A DNA stretch of 64,000 nt, taken from Octopus sinensis. Lineage: Eukaryota. The DNA is taken from positions 22,258,001 to 22,322,000 of the forward strand of contig NC_043013.1 of assembly GCF_006345805.1 (NCBI RefSeq), written 5' to 3'. Below are positions 39,019-52,128 of the stretch, one piece after another. Position 1 is the stretch's first letter. Each line of letters opens with the position of its first letter. The position numbers and the translations under genes were made by a program. Below the pieces are notes generated by a model that saw nothing but the letters and a program-made list of their open reading frames with translations, made no database searches and was not told the origin of the DNA.

Positions 39019-39308
39019 ATTGACCTGAACAACAACAACAACAGCAACAACAACAACAGCAACAACAACAACAACAACAACAATAACAACAACAACAACA
39101 ATAATAATAATAATAATATAATAATAATAATAATATAATAACATCGAAAAATACTTTTGGAATGAGAACCTAGGTTCGAAATTTCCCCAAGAAACCTGAT
39201 GAAGGCTGGAATGTATATCAGTCGAAACGTTGTGTTAACAACAAACAAGATGAGGACAAATATCTGTCAAATGCAGATAATTCCTCATCTCTTAAATATA
39301 GAACTGTA
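39015..39308 (+). mobile_element. Second, 5'-truncated copy of the hammerhead-tail SINE
   Basis: Retains the head end ggcattgacctga, then (AAC)n(AAT)n, then acatcgaaaaatac…HHR…atagaactgta. Confidence 0.7.
39191..39236 (+). ncRNA. Putative minimal hammerhead ribozyme
   Basis: gaaac-CUGAUGA-a-ggcug…caguc-GAAAC-GUU-gugu. Stem II ggcug/caguc; palindromic AACGUU in place of a full stem III. The sister copy has gacac, which pairs fully with guguu in stem I. Confidence 0.6.
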
Positions 39309-40097
39309 TTATTGTAAATACTTATCTAGTGGTTCATAAAACACTAACCGCCGAGTTTCCCCAACATTCTGCCCTCATTACTTCATTTAAAAAAATTTTT
39401 TTTTTTTTTGCATCGACCTATGAAACCTTCGAAACATTTACAGTAAACTCATACGTAGGCACATCAGCATAATGTGCAAATATCTTTGGCGATACTTGAT
39501 TAAGAGATACAGTTTATAGATATCTTGTCCTTTGACTGGTAGCGTTGCAATAATTGTGACAGCGTTTTCTGCCTGAGTGGCATTTGTTTTTCAGGACAGA
39601 AGAACTTTTCCCTGATGAATAATTCGACCGAAATTAAGACTAGTTTACTTTCCTCAGGTATTGTTCGCCATTAAACGAAACAGAAGAGGGTCGCAAAGCT
39701 ATGTTGAATCATAAGAGCCTAACAGGGGAGGAGGCTACTTTAGTTCTTTAATGGCAGAGAAGTAAAGAGGAGCTGGTTTGTGTCATGTTGCTTTGGGTAA
39801 TTCATGATGGTCATAATCACATTGGTAACTCTGCGAAGATTCTTCAGTCAGTGAACAGATGACACTGGATGTCATAGAGCGGACATTTTCGGATGTTATG
39901 GAAGATCGAGGTGGAAAGAGGAAGCGGCGTCTTGTAAATCCGAGCAAACTCGATCTGGCGATTATGAAGTTTACCGTAAACTCTTGTTGAAACAAACTGA
40001 TTGCTGCACCAAAGTATCCAGGTGACATGTATTGGAACATTTGGATGGAACCATTGGGAGAAAGCAACGTCTTTGTTAAGGATATTAGCACATTATA

Positions 40098-40526
40098 GGC
40101 GCAGGAGTGGCTGTTTGGTAAGTAGCTTGCTAACCAACCACATGGTTCCGGGTTCAGTCCCACTGCGTGGCATCTTGGGCACGTGTCTTCTGCTATAGCC
40201 CCGGGCCGACCAAAGCCTTGTGAGTGGATTTGGTAGACGGAAACTGAAAGAAGCCTGTCGTATATATGTATATATATATATATATAAGTGTGTGTGAATA
40301 TGTTTGTGTGTCTGTGTTTGTTCCCCTAGCATTGCTTGACAACCGATGCTGGTGTGTTTACGTCCCCGTCACTTAGCGGTTCGGCAAAAGGGACCGATAG
40401 AATAAGTACTGGGCTTACAAAAGAATAAGTCCCGGGGTCGATTTGCTCGACTAAAGGCGGTGCTCCAGCATGGCCGCAGTCAAATGACTGAAACAAGTAA
40501 AAAGAGTAAAAAAGAAAAAAAGAGTA
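40098..40526 (+). mobile_element. CORE-type tRNA SINE (octopus OR-like)
   Basis: A box tggctgtttggtaag, B box ggttcagtcc, CORE-like cttgggcacgtgtctt, tail ggcggtgctccagcatggccgcagtcaaatgactgaaacaagta(aaagagt)n. Confidence 0.85.
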
Positions 40527-41065
40527 CATACAAACTGGGGACACGCCAACTATTGATACTTCGGCAAAACAGATCCGAGATCCGATTTTCCATCAAACTG
40601 TTAACAGCTTCAATAATTCTTCCCAGCATGTAATCGCTTGCTAAATCAGACACATGTTTACGAGAAACCTCATTTTCCATGACCAGCCCCCCGCAATCAG
40701 CTCCACCACCACCATCACCACCACCACCACATCACACCTACCTCCTGATTAGTAATATCCGTTATTTCTAATAAATTTCCAACATATGACAGCGTAAATT
40801 GTGACATCGAGTCAACAAATGATACGTATCTGATCCCCGACTCCAACCCTGTGACTCTCTCCATTCATATAACTACTTCCTGCTTCGTTCATTTCGTGAT
40901 TTCCTTTTTGTTTTTTTTTATATTTCTCTCCACATCAAACTGATATTTCCCACGCCAGCCATGACTCTCCTCCTCCAAACTCCCATCAACTTCATTCTAT
41001 TCGTATTTGGTTTGTTCTTTGCTTTCAATTTCCTTTCATTGATTTCTGAAACATTGGGTACAGGG

Positions 41066-41069
<4 letters not shown>

Positions 41070-41097
<28 letters not shown>

Positions 41098-41100
41098 CAT

Positions 41101-41131
<31 letters not shown>

Positions 41132-41440
41132 TACATACACACACACACACATACATACATACATACATACATACATACATACATACATACATACATACAT
41201 ACATACATACATACATACATTCATACATACATACATACATACATACATACATACATACACACACACATACATACATACATACATTCATACATACATACAT
41301 GCATACATACATACATACATACATACATACATACATACATACACGCACACATACATACATACATTCATACATACATACATACATACATACATACATACAT
41401 ACATACATACATACATACATACACACACATATACATACAT
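41070..41440. repeat. (ACAT)n microsatellite
   Basis: Seen directly in the sequence. Confidence 0.95.
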
Positions 41441-41779
41441 ATATGTATATGTGTGTGTATATTGTTTTATTCTTTTACTTGTTTCAGTCATTTGACTGCG
41501 ACCATGCTGGAGCACCGCTTTTACTCAAGCAAATTGATCCCAGGACTCATTCTTTGTAAGTCTAGTACTTATTCTATCAGTCTCTTTTGCCGAATCGCTA
41601 ATTTACGGGGACGTAAACACACCAACATCTGAATAAATTTAGCAAGTTTAGTTAGCGCGCGTGCGTGCGCGTCAACAAAGAGAGGAAAATGCTTTGAGAA
41701 TTCTATAAGGGATAATAGAAGGTATTCAAAATTTTATCAAAATATGCTACCGGTTTCAGTCGCTTAAAAAGTTGATTTA

Positions 41780-43022
41780 TTAGGTTGCCAAGAAAGTTCT
41801 TGCGGTTTTTAACCTTTAAATTCAGATGCACATATCTCGGCTCAAACAAAACTTTATTAATCGAAATAAACACCATCAGAAGCAACACACTTTTGCCAAC
41901 GAGAAAAAAAGTTTATTTATGCCAGTAGCGTAAAAATCCTGCTTTCTGGTGGCGATGAAGTCGTTGAAGTGTTTGGCATCGTCTTGGTTTTTGAAGCATT
42001 TCTCACGCAGGAAATTGTCGAGATGCTTGAAAAAGTGATAGTCGATAGGCGAGAGGTCTGGTGAGTATGGTGATGAGGCAGAGTTTCGTAGCCCAATTCG
42101 TTCAACTTCTGCTAGGTCATTTGTGTTACGTGCGGCCGAGCGTTGTCTTGAAGAAGAATTGGTCCTTTTCTATTGACCAATGCTGGCTGTTGTTGTCGGA
42201 GTTTCTTATGCATTTCATCCATTTGATGATAGTACTTCGCCGTAATGGTTTCGCCTGGATCCAAAAAGCTGTGATGGATGAGGCCGTCCAAGCAGACCAC
42301 CAAACAGTCACCATGACCTTCTTTTGGTGCAACTTTGGCTTCGGGAAATGCCGTTGAGCTTCGTCGGCGTCCAACCAAACCACTGAGCTGAGCATCGCCG
42401 GTTATCGTAAAGAATCCACTTTTCATCGTAAGTCACACTCCGGTCGAGAAACGGGTTGTTCTTGTTGCGTAAATGAAGGGAAGACGACCCTTCAAAACGG
42501 GCTTTTTTTTTTTGGTTGTCATTTAATTTGTGCGGCACCCATCTCTCAAGTACTTTTGTTTTACCAATCTCTTTCAAGTTGTTGGAATTTGTCGTAAACG
42601 TTACGTCTAATTCAGAAGCAAGCTCTCGAACAGTTGTGCGTGGATTGGCTCCCACTAAGGCTCTTAGTTGATCGTTGTCAACATCCGATGGCCGACCACT
42701 ACGCTTATCATCTTCAAGCCTCTCGTCACCGCTATGAAATTTCTTGAACCACCATTGTACTGCACGTTCATTAGTGGTTCCTGGGCCAAAAGCATCATTG
42801 ATATCGCGAGCTGTTTCAGCAGCTTTTCGGCCTAGCTTGAACTGGAATAAGAAAATTGTGCGAATTTGCCTTTTGTCCATGTTGTATTCAACGATTAGAT
42901 AGAGCAAAAAACGGGCTTTAAAATGATATGTAAAGTCAAAGTTATTTAACAAAAATTAATTTGAAAATACCTCATTTAAAACCAAAATTAAAAATTCCGC
43001 AAGAACTTTCTTGACAACTTAA
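41780..43022 (-). mobile_element. Near full-length mariner (cecropia/Hsmar1-like, DD34D) with frameshifted transposase
   Basis: TIRs tta(g/a)gttg(c/t)caagaaagttcttgcgg. Transposase fragments MDKRQIRTIFLFQFKLGRKAAETARDIN…WVPHKL…TYDEKWILYDN, LLQDNARPH, SPIDYHFF. Confidence 0.92.
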
Positions 43023-43692
43023 TGGTTATGCCGAAATAGAAGAGAAAATAAATTAAATAATCTTCCATGATATCAGTTCTGAAAATTTATATTTTTCTTT
43101 CAAAAATCTCTTAGTGCTGAAATTTCGTTCTTTCGGGGTGGGGTGGGGGAGTCATAGTACGACCTAGCATTAAAAAAATGCTTGGTATTGTGCATAATGT
43201 AATGGGCCAAAAATAATTTAGAATTAATAGAAAATACCACAGTCATATGCAGAAGCATCTTTAACGTTAACAAAACTTCTTGATAAGAATGGCAAGGGAG
43301 AGAACTCCGAACCTCAAAACTGATTAAAAATTTAATGGAGACAAGTCATGGTGAGTCTGATCTTTTGGTAAGTATGGTGATAATTCTGGGTATGTTTCAG
43401 TCTTATTGAACTTTCTCAGTGAAGTATTGTTGTGTTGTTGTTGTGACCCCCTTCGGTTATGAATAACCATGAGATTGCACCTAGATAATTACTCTCCGAG
43501 GCACAAGTCTGGGCAAGGTTGTTTTTGGAAGACCAGCAGTCGCCCATGCATTCCAGTCGCCCCTCTCTACACCAAATAAATTATTTGATTTTTATTTTTT
43601 CTCCATATCTTTCTTATTTCTCTAACAGTGATAGAAATGTAATGAAACTTGCATACTCTATATCAAGAGAAAAATGAGGGGAAAAATGTATA

Positions 43693-43973
43693 TACTCTTT
43701 TACTCTTTTATCTGTTTCAGTCATTTGACTATGGCCATGCTGGGGCACTGCCTTTAGTCGAGCAAATCGACCCCAGGACTTATTCTTTGTAAGCCTAGTA
43801 CTTATTCTATCGGTCTCTTTTGCCGAACCGCTAAGTTACGTGGACGTAAACACACCAGCATCGGTTGTCAAGCGATGTTGGGGGGGACAAACAAACACAC
43901 AAACATATACACACTTGCATATATATATATAGATATATATATATATATATAATATATATATTATATATATATG

Positions 43974-44022
<49 letters not shown>

Positions 44023-44046
44023 GTATGTATATATTTATATATATAT

Positions 44047-44109
<63 letters not shown>

Positions 44110-44271
44110 GACGGGTTTCTTTCAGTTTCCGTCTGCCAAATCCACTCACAAGGCATTGGTCGGCCCGAGGCTATAGTAGAAGACACTTGCCCAAGGTGCC
44201 ACGCAGTGGGACTGAACCCGGAACCATGTGGTTCGTAAGTAGGCTACTTACCACATAGCCACTCCTACGCC
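43693..44271 (-). mobile_element. CORE-type tRNA SINE
   Basis: Reverse complement of the 40098 family, with an expanded internal (TA)n. Confidence 0.85.
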
Positions 44272-44452
44272 TATATTTAGTTTATAACTGCAAAAAACGA
44301 CCACTACCTTCAGCTAAATAATATGATTGAAGCAGCGGTGCTTATAAAAATCCTATGAATAATGTTACATAGCAACTTGTTCTGATGTACAAAAATACTT
44401 TTTGAAATAAGCAAATGTCTGACGAGTATATCCTACTGCGTAATATTCATTA

Positions 44453-44854
44453 TACTCTTTTACTCTTTTACTTGTTTCAGTCATTTTACTGCGGCCATGC
44501 TGGAGCACCGCCTTTAGTCGAGCAAATCGACCCCAGGACTTATTCTTTGTAAGCCCAGTACTTATTCTATCGGTCTCTTTTGCCGAACCGCTAGGTGACG
44601 GGAACGTAAACACACCAGCATCGATTGTCAAACAATGCTAGGGGTACAAACACAGACACGCAAACACACACACACATACATATACATATACATATATACG
44701 ACAGACTTCTTTCAGTTTCCGTCAACCAAATCCACTCACAAGGCATTGGTCGGCCCGGGGCTATAGCAGAAGACACTTTCCCAAGGTGCCACGCAGTGGG
44801 ACTGAACCCGGAACCATGTGGTTGGTTAGCAAGCTACTTACCACACAGCCACTC
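44453..44854 (-). mobile_element. CORE-type tRNA SINE
   Basis: Second tandem copy of the same family. Confidence 0.85.
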
Positions 44855-45671
44855 TACAAAAATTCTAACATGGTTTATAGTTCAATAGCGGCCATTAACT
44901 ATTCATAGCGTAAAACTTATCGAAACCATTATTGTTTGAAGCCGAACTGCTGCAAGTGTGAATGAAAAATTATCTCAGGGAATCGCTTCACCGAGAACAT
45001 GTCATAATTACGTTACGGTTACAGGCATCTCCATAACTGCAGCTATGATCATGCAGAATAACTGCAGCTATGATCATGCAGAATAAATTGACTAAACGGT
45101 AAATTGCGCTAATAATGTGTCTCGATGGTAGCAATTTTATACGTGTGTCTGTATGCATGTATGTATGTATTTATGTACTACGTATTATATATATATATAT
45201 ATATTTGTGTGGTGTGTGGTGGTTGTGTGTGTTTGTGTGTGTGTTGTGTTGTGTGTGTGTATGTGTGTATATATATATATCTGCGTATATATATATATTA
45301 TATAAGTATATGTAGTGCATATATATATATAATATAATATAATATAATACCCATACATATACATATATATAATATATATATACGCATATAGATATATATA
45401 TATAATATATATATATATATACTAGATAATATATATATATATACGCCATAATATATATATATATATTTACTATTTATATTTATATATATATATATATATT
45501 TATATATTATATATATATAATATATATATATATAGAATTATATAATATATATATTATACGCATATATATAATATATATATATAATATTTATATATATATA
45601 TAGATATATATATCTATATAATATCTTATATTATATATTATTATTATATATACATATATTACACATACAAA

Positions 45672-47320
45672 CGAGGGTGTACCCAAAAGAAACCGCAATT
45701 TTGCAATATTATTTTATTCACATAGTTTTACGTGTTTACATTTTTACCGCCTTCAAAATATTCTCCATTTGAAGCAATGCATCGGTCCAGACGCGTTTTC
45801 CACTGTTCGAAGCAATCCTGGAACTCTTGCGAAATAACGCCTTTTAACGGCTCCGTCGTTTTTTTTTCTCTGCACCACTTCCACATCTGCAAAACGTTTT
45901 CCAATGGCCCAGTGGTTAGGCCGGACTTGCGGTCGGAGGATCGCGGTTCGATTCCAGACCGGCGTTGTGTGTGTTTTATTGAAGCGAAAACACCTAAAGC
46001 TCCACGAGGCTCCGGCAGGGGATGGTGGTGATCCTGCTGTACCTTTCACCACTCTAAAGGCGGTGCTCCAGCATGGCCGCGGTCGAATGACTGAAACAAG
46101 TACAAAAAAAAATACAAAAGGACGTTTTTCATGCGGATGAACAGGTCGCAGGAAGCAACGTTCCGCCACAGGCGACGCGGCGTCACCGAAAGAGAGCGGT
46201 GCCGTGTCTGTCCCTTCTTCCCTGGACAGAACCGGGTTTCGCTGCCTCGACGACAAATATCGTCGTAGCGTTTCTACCTCTTCTGCTGCTGCTGCTGCCG
46301 CTGCAGCTTCCCCCGGCATCACCGCCTTGGCGCGCGTCGTTTTCGTGGCGACCACCGTCATAGCACTCGCTCGTTGACCGCAGTCCGAACGCAGTTCGTC
46401 GCAGCCGTTTCGAAAGGAGGAGGAAGCGACCACCGACGCACAGGGCGCCGGGCGAGTCTAAAAGCTGCAGCGGGTTCACGTCATATTTGATCAAAAACTG
46501 TCTCATACTTAAGACGGTGTGCGCAGGCGCATTGTTGTGATGAAACCACCACACTCCACTCTGCCACTGGTCGGGACGTTTTCGTCTCGCCGTGTCTCGC
46601 AAATGCTTCGGAACTGCCAAGCAAAATGTCTAGTCAACAGTTTGACCAGGAGGAACAAATACTGTGCGGACAATTCCTTTCACATCGATGAAACAAATCA
46701 GCATCGTCTTGAAGTTGGCCTTCACTTGACGCACTTTTGCAGGGCGTGGTGATATTTTATGCTTCCAATGATTTGATTGCTGCTTGGTGTCTGTGTCGTG
46801 GCCGTAGCACCAGCGTTCGTCACTAGTGATGGCCTTCTTAAAACAATTATCGGATCAACTTCCAACTGATCTCTCAGTTCACGACATGCATTCAATCGCG
46901 ACTGCTTTTGATCTTCCGTGAGTAAGTGAGGCACAAATTTTGCTGCAACTCTTCTCATTCGCTATACTTCGCTCAAAATTCGTTAGGAGGGGCTCCAGGA
47001 CACACCAGTCATATCAATAATTTCTTCTATTGTTTGGTGACGGTCCTCCAAGATCAGTTTATGAATTTTCGTGATGTTTTCATTCGTTTGGGAGGTCGAC
47101 GGTCGCCCTGAACGAGGTTGGTCCTCAACCAACAAATTATCATTCGTAAAGCAGGAAAACCTCTCGCAAACTTGTGTTTTGCTCATGGCAGCATCCTTGT
47201 AAGCTGTTTGAATCATGAGAATTGTTTCGGTTGCCATTTTTCCCAGCAGAAAACAGAATTTCACGGATGCACGCTGTCCCTTCATATCAGCAATCGCAAA
47301 AATCAACGAACAGCGAAGAT
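45672..47320 (-). mobile_element. Decayed mariner (irritans/Hsmar2-like lineage) with two nested insertions
   Basis: MKGQRASVKFCFLLGK…RSGRPSTS; RVAAKFVPHLLTEDQK; FHHNNAPAH; KRFADVE…CFEQWKTRLDRCIASNGEYFEG. One TIR-like end cgagggtgtacccaaaag. Confidence 0.88.
45904..46112 (+). mobile_element. tRNA-derived SINE nested in the mariner
   Basis: A box tggcccagtgg, B box ggttcgattcc, unique body, and the same 3' tail as the CORE-type SINE. Confidence 0.75.
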
Positions 47321-47699
47321 ACAGGATGCGAGGGGTATTTGAGGACACTTAATTATCAATATATTCCTCTCCCGGATCTCTGTGTGTTGTGTTCTTGAAC
47401 ATGATACTTTATTTCACGACGTTACTGGTGCCAAGCTGTATCAGCCCCTTTGCCTTTCTCTTGGAAAACATCGGTGGCGTGTTGGACAAGGGAGGCTGGT
47501 ATGCAAGGGCGACTGCTGGTCTTCCATAAACAATCTTGCTCGGACTTGTGCCTCGGAGAGGAACTTTCAAGGTGCAATCCTCTGGTCATTCATGAGCGAA
47601 GGGGGTCTTTTTATTTTACCTTTTTTTTTTTACTCTCTTCGGATCATTTAACAGCTTTTTATTCATTTCCCATCCTTCATGACAGACAAAATGCGAGCA

Positions 47700-48055
47700 C
47701 AAGAGATTAAAACAGGTGCAGTCATTGTGACCATATGTACGGAATACACCGATTCAGAAACTGCCACATTTCGAAATGTTGCATCTGGCGAGAAGGTTTC
47801 AATTGCCTCGAAATGGAAAAAAGCATTCTAAACGTTCGAACACTGAAAGAACACGGCAATTCGTCCAAAGTGTTGAAAACATTATCGATGATAATCAGAG
47901 AAAACCAATAAGAGATATCGCCAAAGAACCTCAGGTATCACGATTAACCACCAAAACTGTGGCGCACAAGGAATTTGATACAATTTGGACGTACTGATGA
48001 GAGTTCAATTCATGTCTGCTAAGATACAGGAAAACCGTTTGATCCGGTTCCAGTC
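47700..48055 (+). mobile_element. maT/DD37D-like transposase N-terminal fragment
   Basis: KHSKRSNTERTRQFVQSVENIIDDNQRKPIRDIAKE…; qfmsakiqenrl-like continuation; degenerate. Confidence 0.6.
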
Positions 48056-48089
48056 GGTTAAAAATTGTCACGATCGGTTAAAAATTGTA

Positions 48090-48431
<342 letters not shown>

Positions 48432-48765
48432 TGTTTCTTTATTACCACACAGGGTGCACACACAGACAGACAAAATTACAAGGTAGAGCTTTTCTTTTGG
48501 GGGTAAAAGAAGGGGGTTTGGTTTTCGATCAAAAGGGATCACATACAACATACATAACAATAATGTGTAATGTGTGTTGTGTGTTGTGTTGTGTGGTGTG
48601 TGTGTGTTGTGTGTGTGTGTGTGTGTGTTGTGTGTGTGTGAGTGTGTGTGGAGAGAGCAGCAGCAGCAGACAGTTGTGTCATAAACACCAAGGCCACAGT
48701 TACCGTTATGAAGCCTTAACGGCCTCAATGAAAATCCAATATCAACTGAGATTACAAAATACACA

Positions 48766-48820
<55 letters not shown>

Positions 48821-48913
48821 CACACACACTCACTCACTCACTCGCACACATATGCAGATATACATACATCGACATAGACAAAGAGATGCACGCAGACACC
48901 ACAGACATATGCT

Positions 48914-48949
<36 letters not shown>

Positions 48950-49074
48950 CAAATACAGACATATACGCCCACACATATTATACATGCACATGAACTAAAA
49001 ACAAACATGTAGACACATGTAACAAAACACACACACAACCACACACATAAAGTTTGTTTTCATCACCACTATCA

Positions 49075-49153
49075 ACATCATCATCATCATCACCACCACA
49101 ACTACCACGTTCTATCACCCTCTCTGCTTCCACCTTCACCACAAAATTACCAG

Positions 49154-49207
<54 letters not shown>

Positions 49208-49235
49208 TATCATCATCATCACATCATCATCATCA

Positions 49236-49291
<56 letters not shown>

Positions 49292-49559
49292 CCATCATCA
49301 CCATCATCACCACCATCATCATCCATCATCATCATCATCATCACGATCACATTACTAATAACATCATCATCATCATCGTCGTCGTGGTCATCGATATTTT
49401 TGTCAGCGTCTTCAGTGTCATCGATAACTTCAAACGTCGTCACCTTTCCTTTCGCTGTCACCGCTCAAACCCGTCACCATCATCAACAGCAGCAGCAGCA
49501 GCAGCGCTCATCAATGATGACATCAATAAGTGTGACAACAGCAAGGACGACAACAACAA

Positions 49560-49590
<31 letters not shown>

Positions 49591-49600
49591 AACCATATTA
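49075..49600. repeat. (CAT)n/(CAG)n/(CAA)n low-complexity tract
   Basis: Seen directly in the sequence. Confidence 0.9.
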
Positions 49601-51290
49601 GCAATCGGCAACTTTAGACCATCAACAGCATCGTTAAAGAGAATAAAAACACAGCAACCCAGGTGACAACGGCTGGCTTCAAAGAACAACAACTACTACT
49701 ACTACTACTTCTACTACTACTACTAGAACATTATCTCCAGGACTTCCCCTTTCACCATAGCAACAACCTGGAGACCAGAAGCGGCAAGTGTGGCCAATTA
49801 GTAGGAAATAATTATAAAAAAAAAAACTGCAATCGTGGCAATAACAAAACCCACCACCACTACCACCGCCTCTATCCCCACCTCCTCCACCATCATCGCC
49901 ACCACCACTACCACCGCCTCTATCCCCACCTCCTCCACCATCATCGCCACCGAACAAACAAAGGCTATCGCAGAGACAATAACCACAGCAGCAGCAGCAT
50001 CACTTTCTTCCAACGGCGAGCGTAACAGGCAATACCGGAACAAAAGGAACAATAAAGGTGACAACAACGTCCACCACCACCACCACCACCACCACCACCA
50101 TCACCACCACCATCACCACCACCACCATAGCCACAATACTCTCGGAGACAACAGTGAGCACCAAACGGTAAACACGGCATTTCTTCATCTTCTATTCCTT
50201 CCCATATTTCTTCGTATGTTGTTGTTGTTGTTGTTGTTTTGCTTTTGTTGTTCAGCGCCACTCTCGGTCAATTGTTTGATCAACCATGCTAATCTTTATT
50301 CCCCACCCGGATATTTTAATGGGCAACATAGGCCTAAGATTAACGACTTAATACCTGTACTCACAGTTTTAAGGACAGGTCACGCTTCCTCGTTGGTTAA
50401 AAATCATTCAGGATTTTCTTTGATATTCGTCCTCAGGTAAACATTACACACACACTAGACGTTGCACAGTTGAACCTATATATATAAAAGAATACAAAAA
50501 AAAAATGGGACAAGAATGCAACAAGCGACAACAAAACATCCAGAGAGTTGAATGATACAAAAAGGGACATAAAAAACAAAAACGGGTCATTCGGAGTTTT
50601 CTTTCGTCAGTCAAGTTCCAGATTATCTTTGCAGTTTCGGCTAGTTATACTCGACACTGTTTATATAGTTCCGCGTCACAGAAGTGTTTCTGCGATTAAA
50701 TTCATCACAAGCACCGAATTTACTATTTTTGGAGATGTCACTCTAAAACAAAACAAAAACGAACAAAATATATATATAATTCCATTTATTGCACAACAGG
50801 AAGTTGCGAAAAAATATATTGATGAATTAAAATATTTTTGACCAATATATTTTTTTAGATGTATAAGATTTTTAATTCTTTGTGCAACAACACACATTTT
50901 GTGAAAAAGAACCCGAAGCTTGGTCTTAACTACAATAAAAGAAAGCATTTCCTATAATCAAATATAAGGAACATTTTGTAAAGAGTGAGGGCGAATGAGC
51001 CCTGAGTTTATTCTTCGAAAATGGAGAAGGATGCACAGCGACCAAAGAAAAAAGGACCGAAATTCCGTAAAAAGGAAAAGAAAAAACCTACCGATGGCAA
51101 AACTTTAGCCGAAAGGATAATTTCCCAAAGAGCTGCTCAGGTAAAGAGAACCATCATCATTATCATCATCATCGTCGTCGTTGTCATCGTCGCCGTCGTC
51201 ATTCTCATTACCGTCACCATCATCATCATCGTCGCGGCGGCGTCGGCGTCGTAACATCATCTCCATCAACATCATCATCATCGTTGTTGA

Positions 51291-51366
<76 letters not shown>

Positions 51367-51622
51367 GTCGCTAGTTAACTTTTAAATTCTAGTGAAGATC
51401 ACATTGGGTCCAATGTATGTATGTATACAAGCACACACAAATACATGTTGCATGTATATATGGATAGATAGATGGATTCTCTACACATTGTATTGAGTTC
51501 TTCGTCAGTTAAGGTTTATCTGCTGAATAACATACAGCCATGCTTGGGATATGGAACATTACTTTTGTTAAAACATGCACCCCTCGTTTTTTTCTTCTTT
51601 TTGTTCATTCATCATATATATA

Positions 51623-51664
<42 letters not shown>

Positions 51665-51667
<3 letters not shown>

Positions 51668-51750
51668 AAGAAAAAAGCAACAAGAATGGATTAGTAGTTT
51701 AGTACAATTGTACTAAACTACTAATCCATTCTTGTTGCTTTTTTCTTGGT
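51665..51750. repeat. Perfect 86-bp palindrome with no spacer
   Basis: accaagaaaaaagcaacaagaatggattagtagtttagtacaa|ttgtactaaactactaatccattcttgttgcttttttcttggt. Confidence 0.95.
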
Positions 51751-51989
51751 TATAATCACCCCACATTATTTTATGGTTAATACCATAAAAAAATAATTTC
51801 TGGTGCATCTAAGTTAAGTACCATATTCATTTGAATTCATTGGAATTCACTTAAATCTTAATTGTTTTTGCTGAATATATATATATATATAAATATGTAA
51901 CATATATATATAATATGTATATATTGATAAAAGAGTAAGATAACAAAAGAAAGAAAGAGACCTCAATATTATGTAAATAGAGGAAATTT

Positions 51990-52128
51990 ATCTATAAAAT
52001 AATATGTGACAATTATTCGGTAGCCAAGATAAAACTCTGAGTTTTGGATGCCGAGGTGGAAATCCCTAGGCATCCGAAACTCAGAGTTTTATCTGGCTAC
52101 CGAATAATTGTCACATATTATTTTACAG

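Noticed and set aside
39835-40097. Coding-looking frame (…RGGKRKRRLVNPSKL…)
   Set aside because: Interrupted by stops, no splice sites and no recognisable family.
45034-45085. 25-bp tandem duplication
   Set aside because: Ordinary slippage duplication with no further structure.
50590-50660. CTGACGA and GAAAC motifs on the minus strand
   Set aside because: Order and stems do not form a hammerhead topology I can draw.
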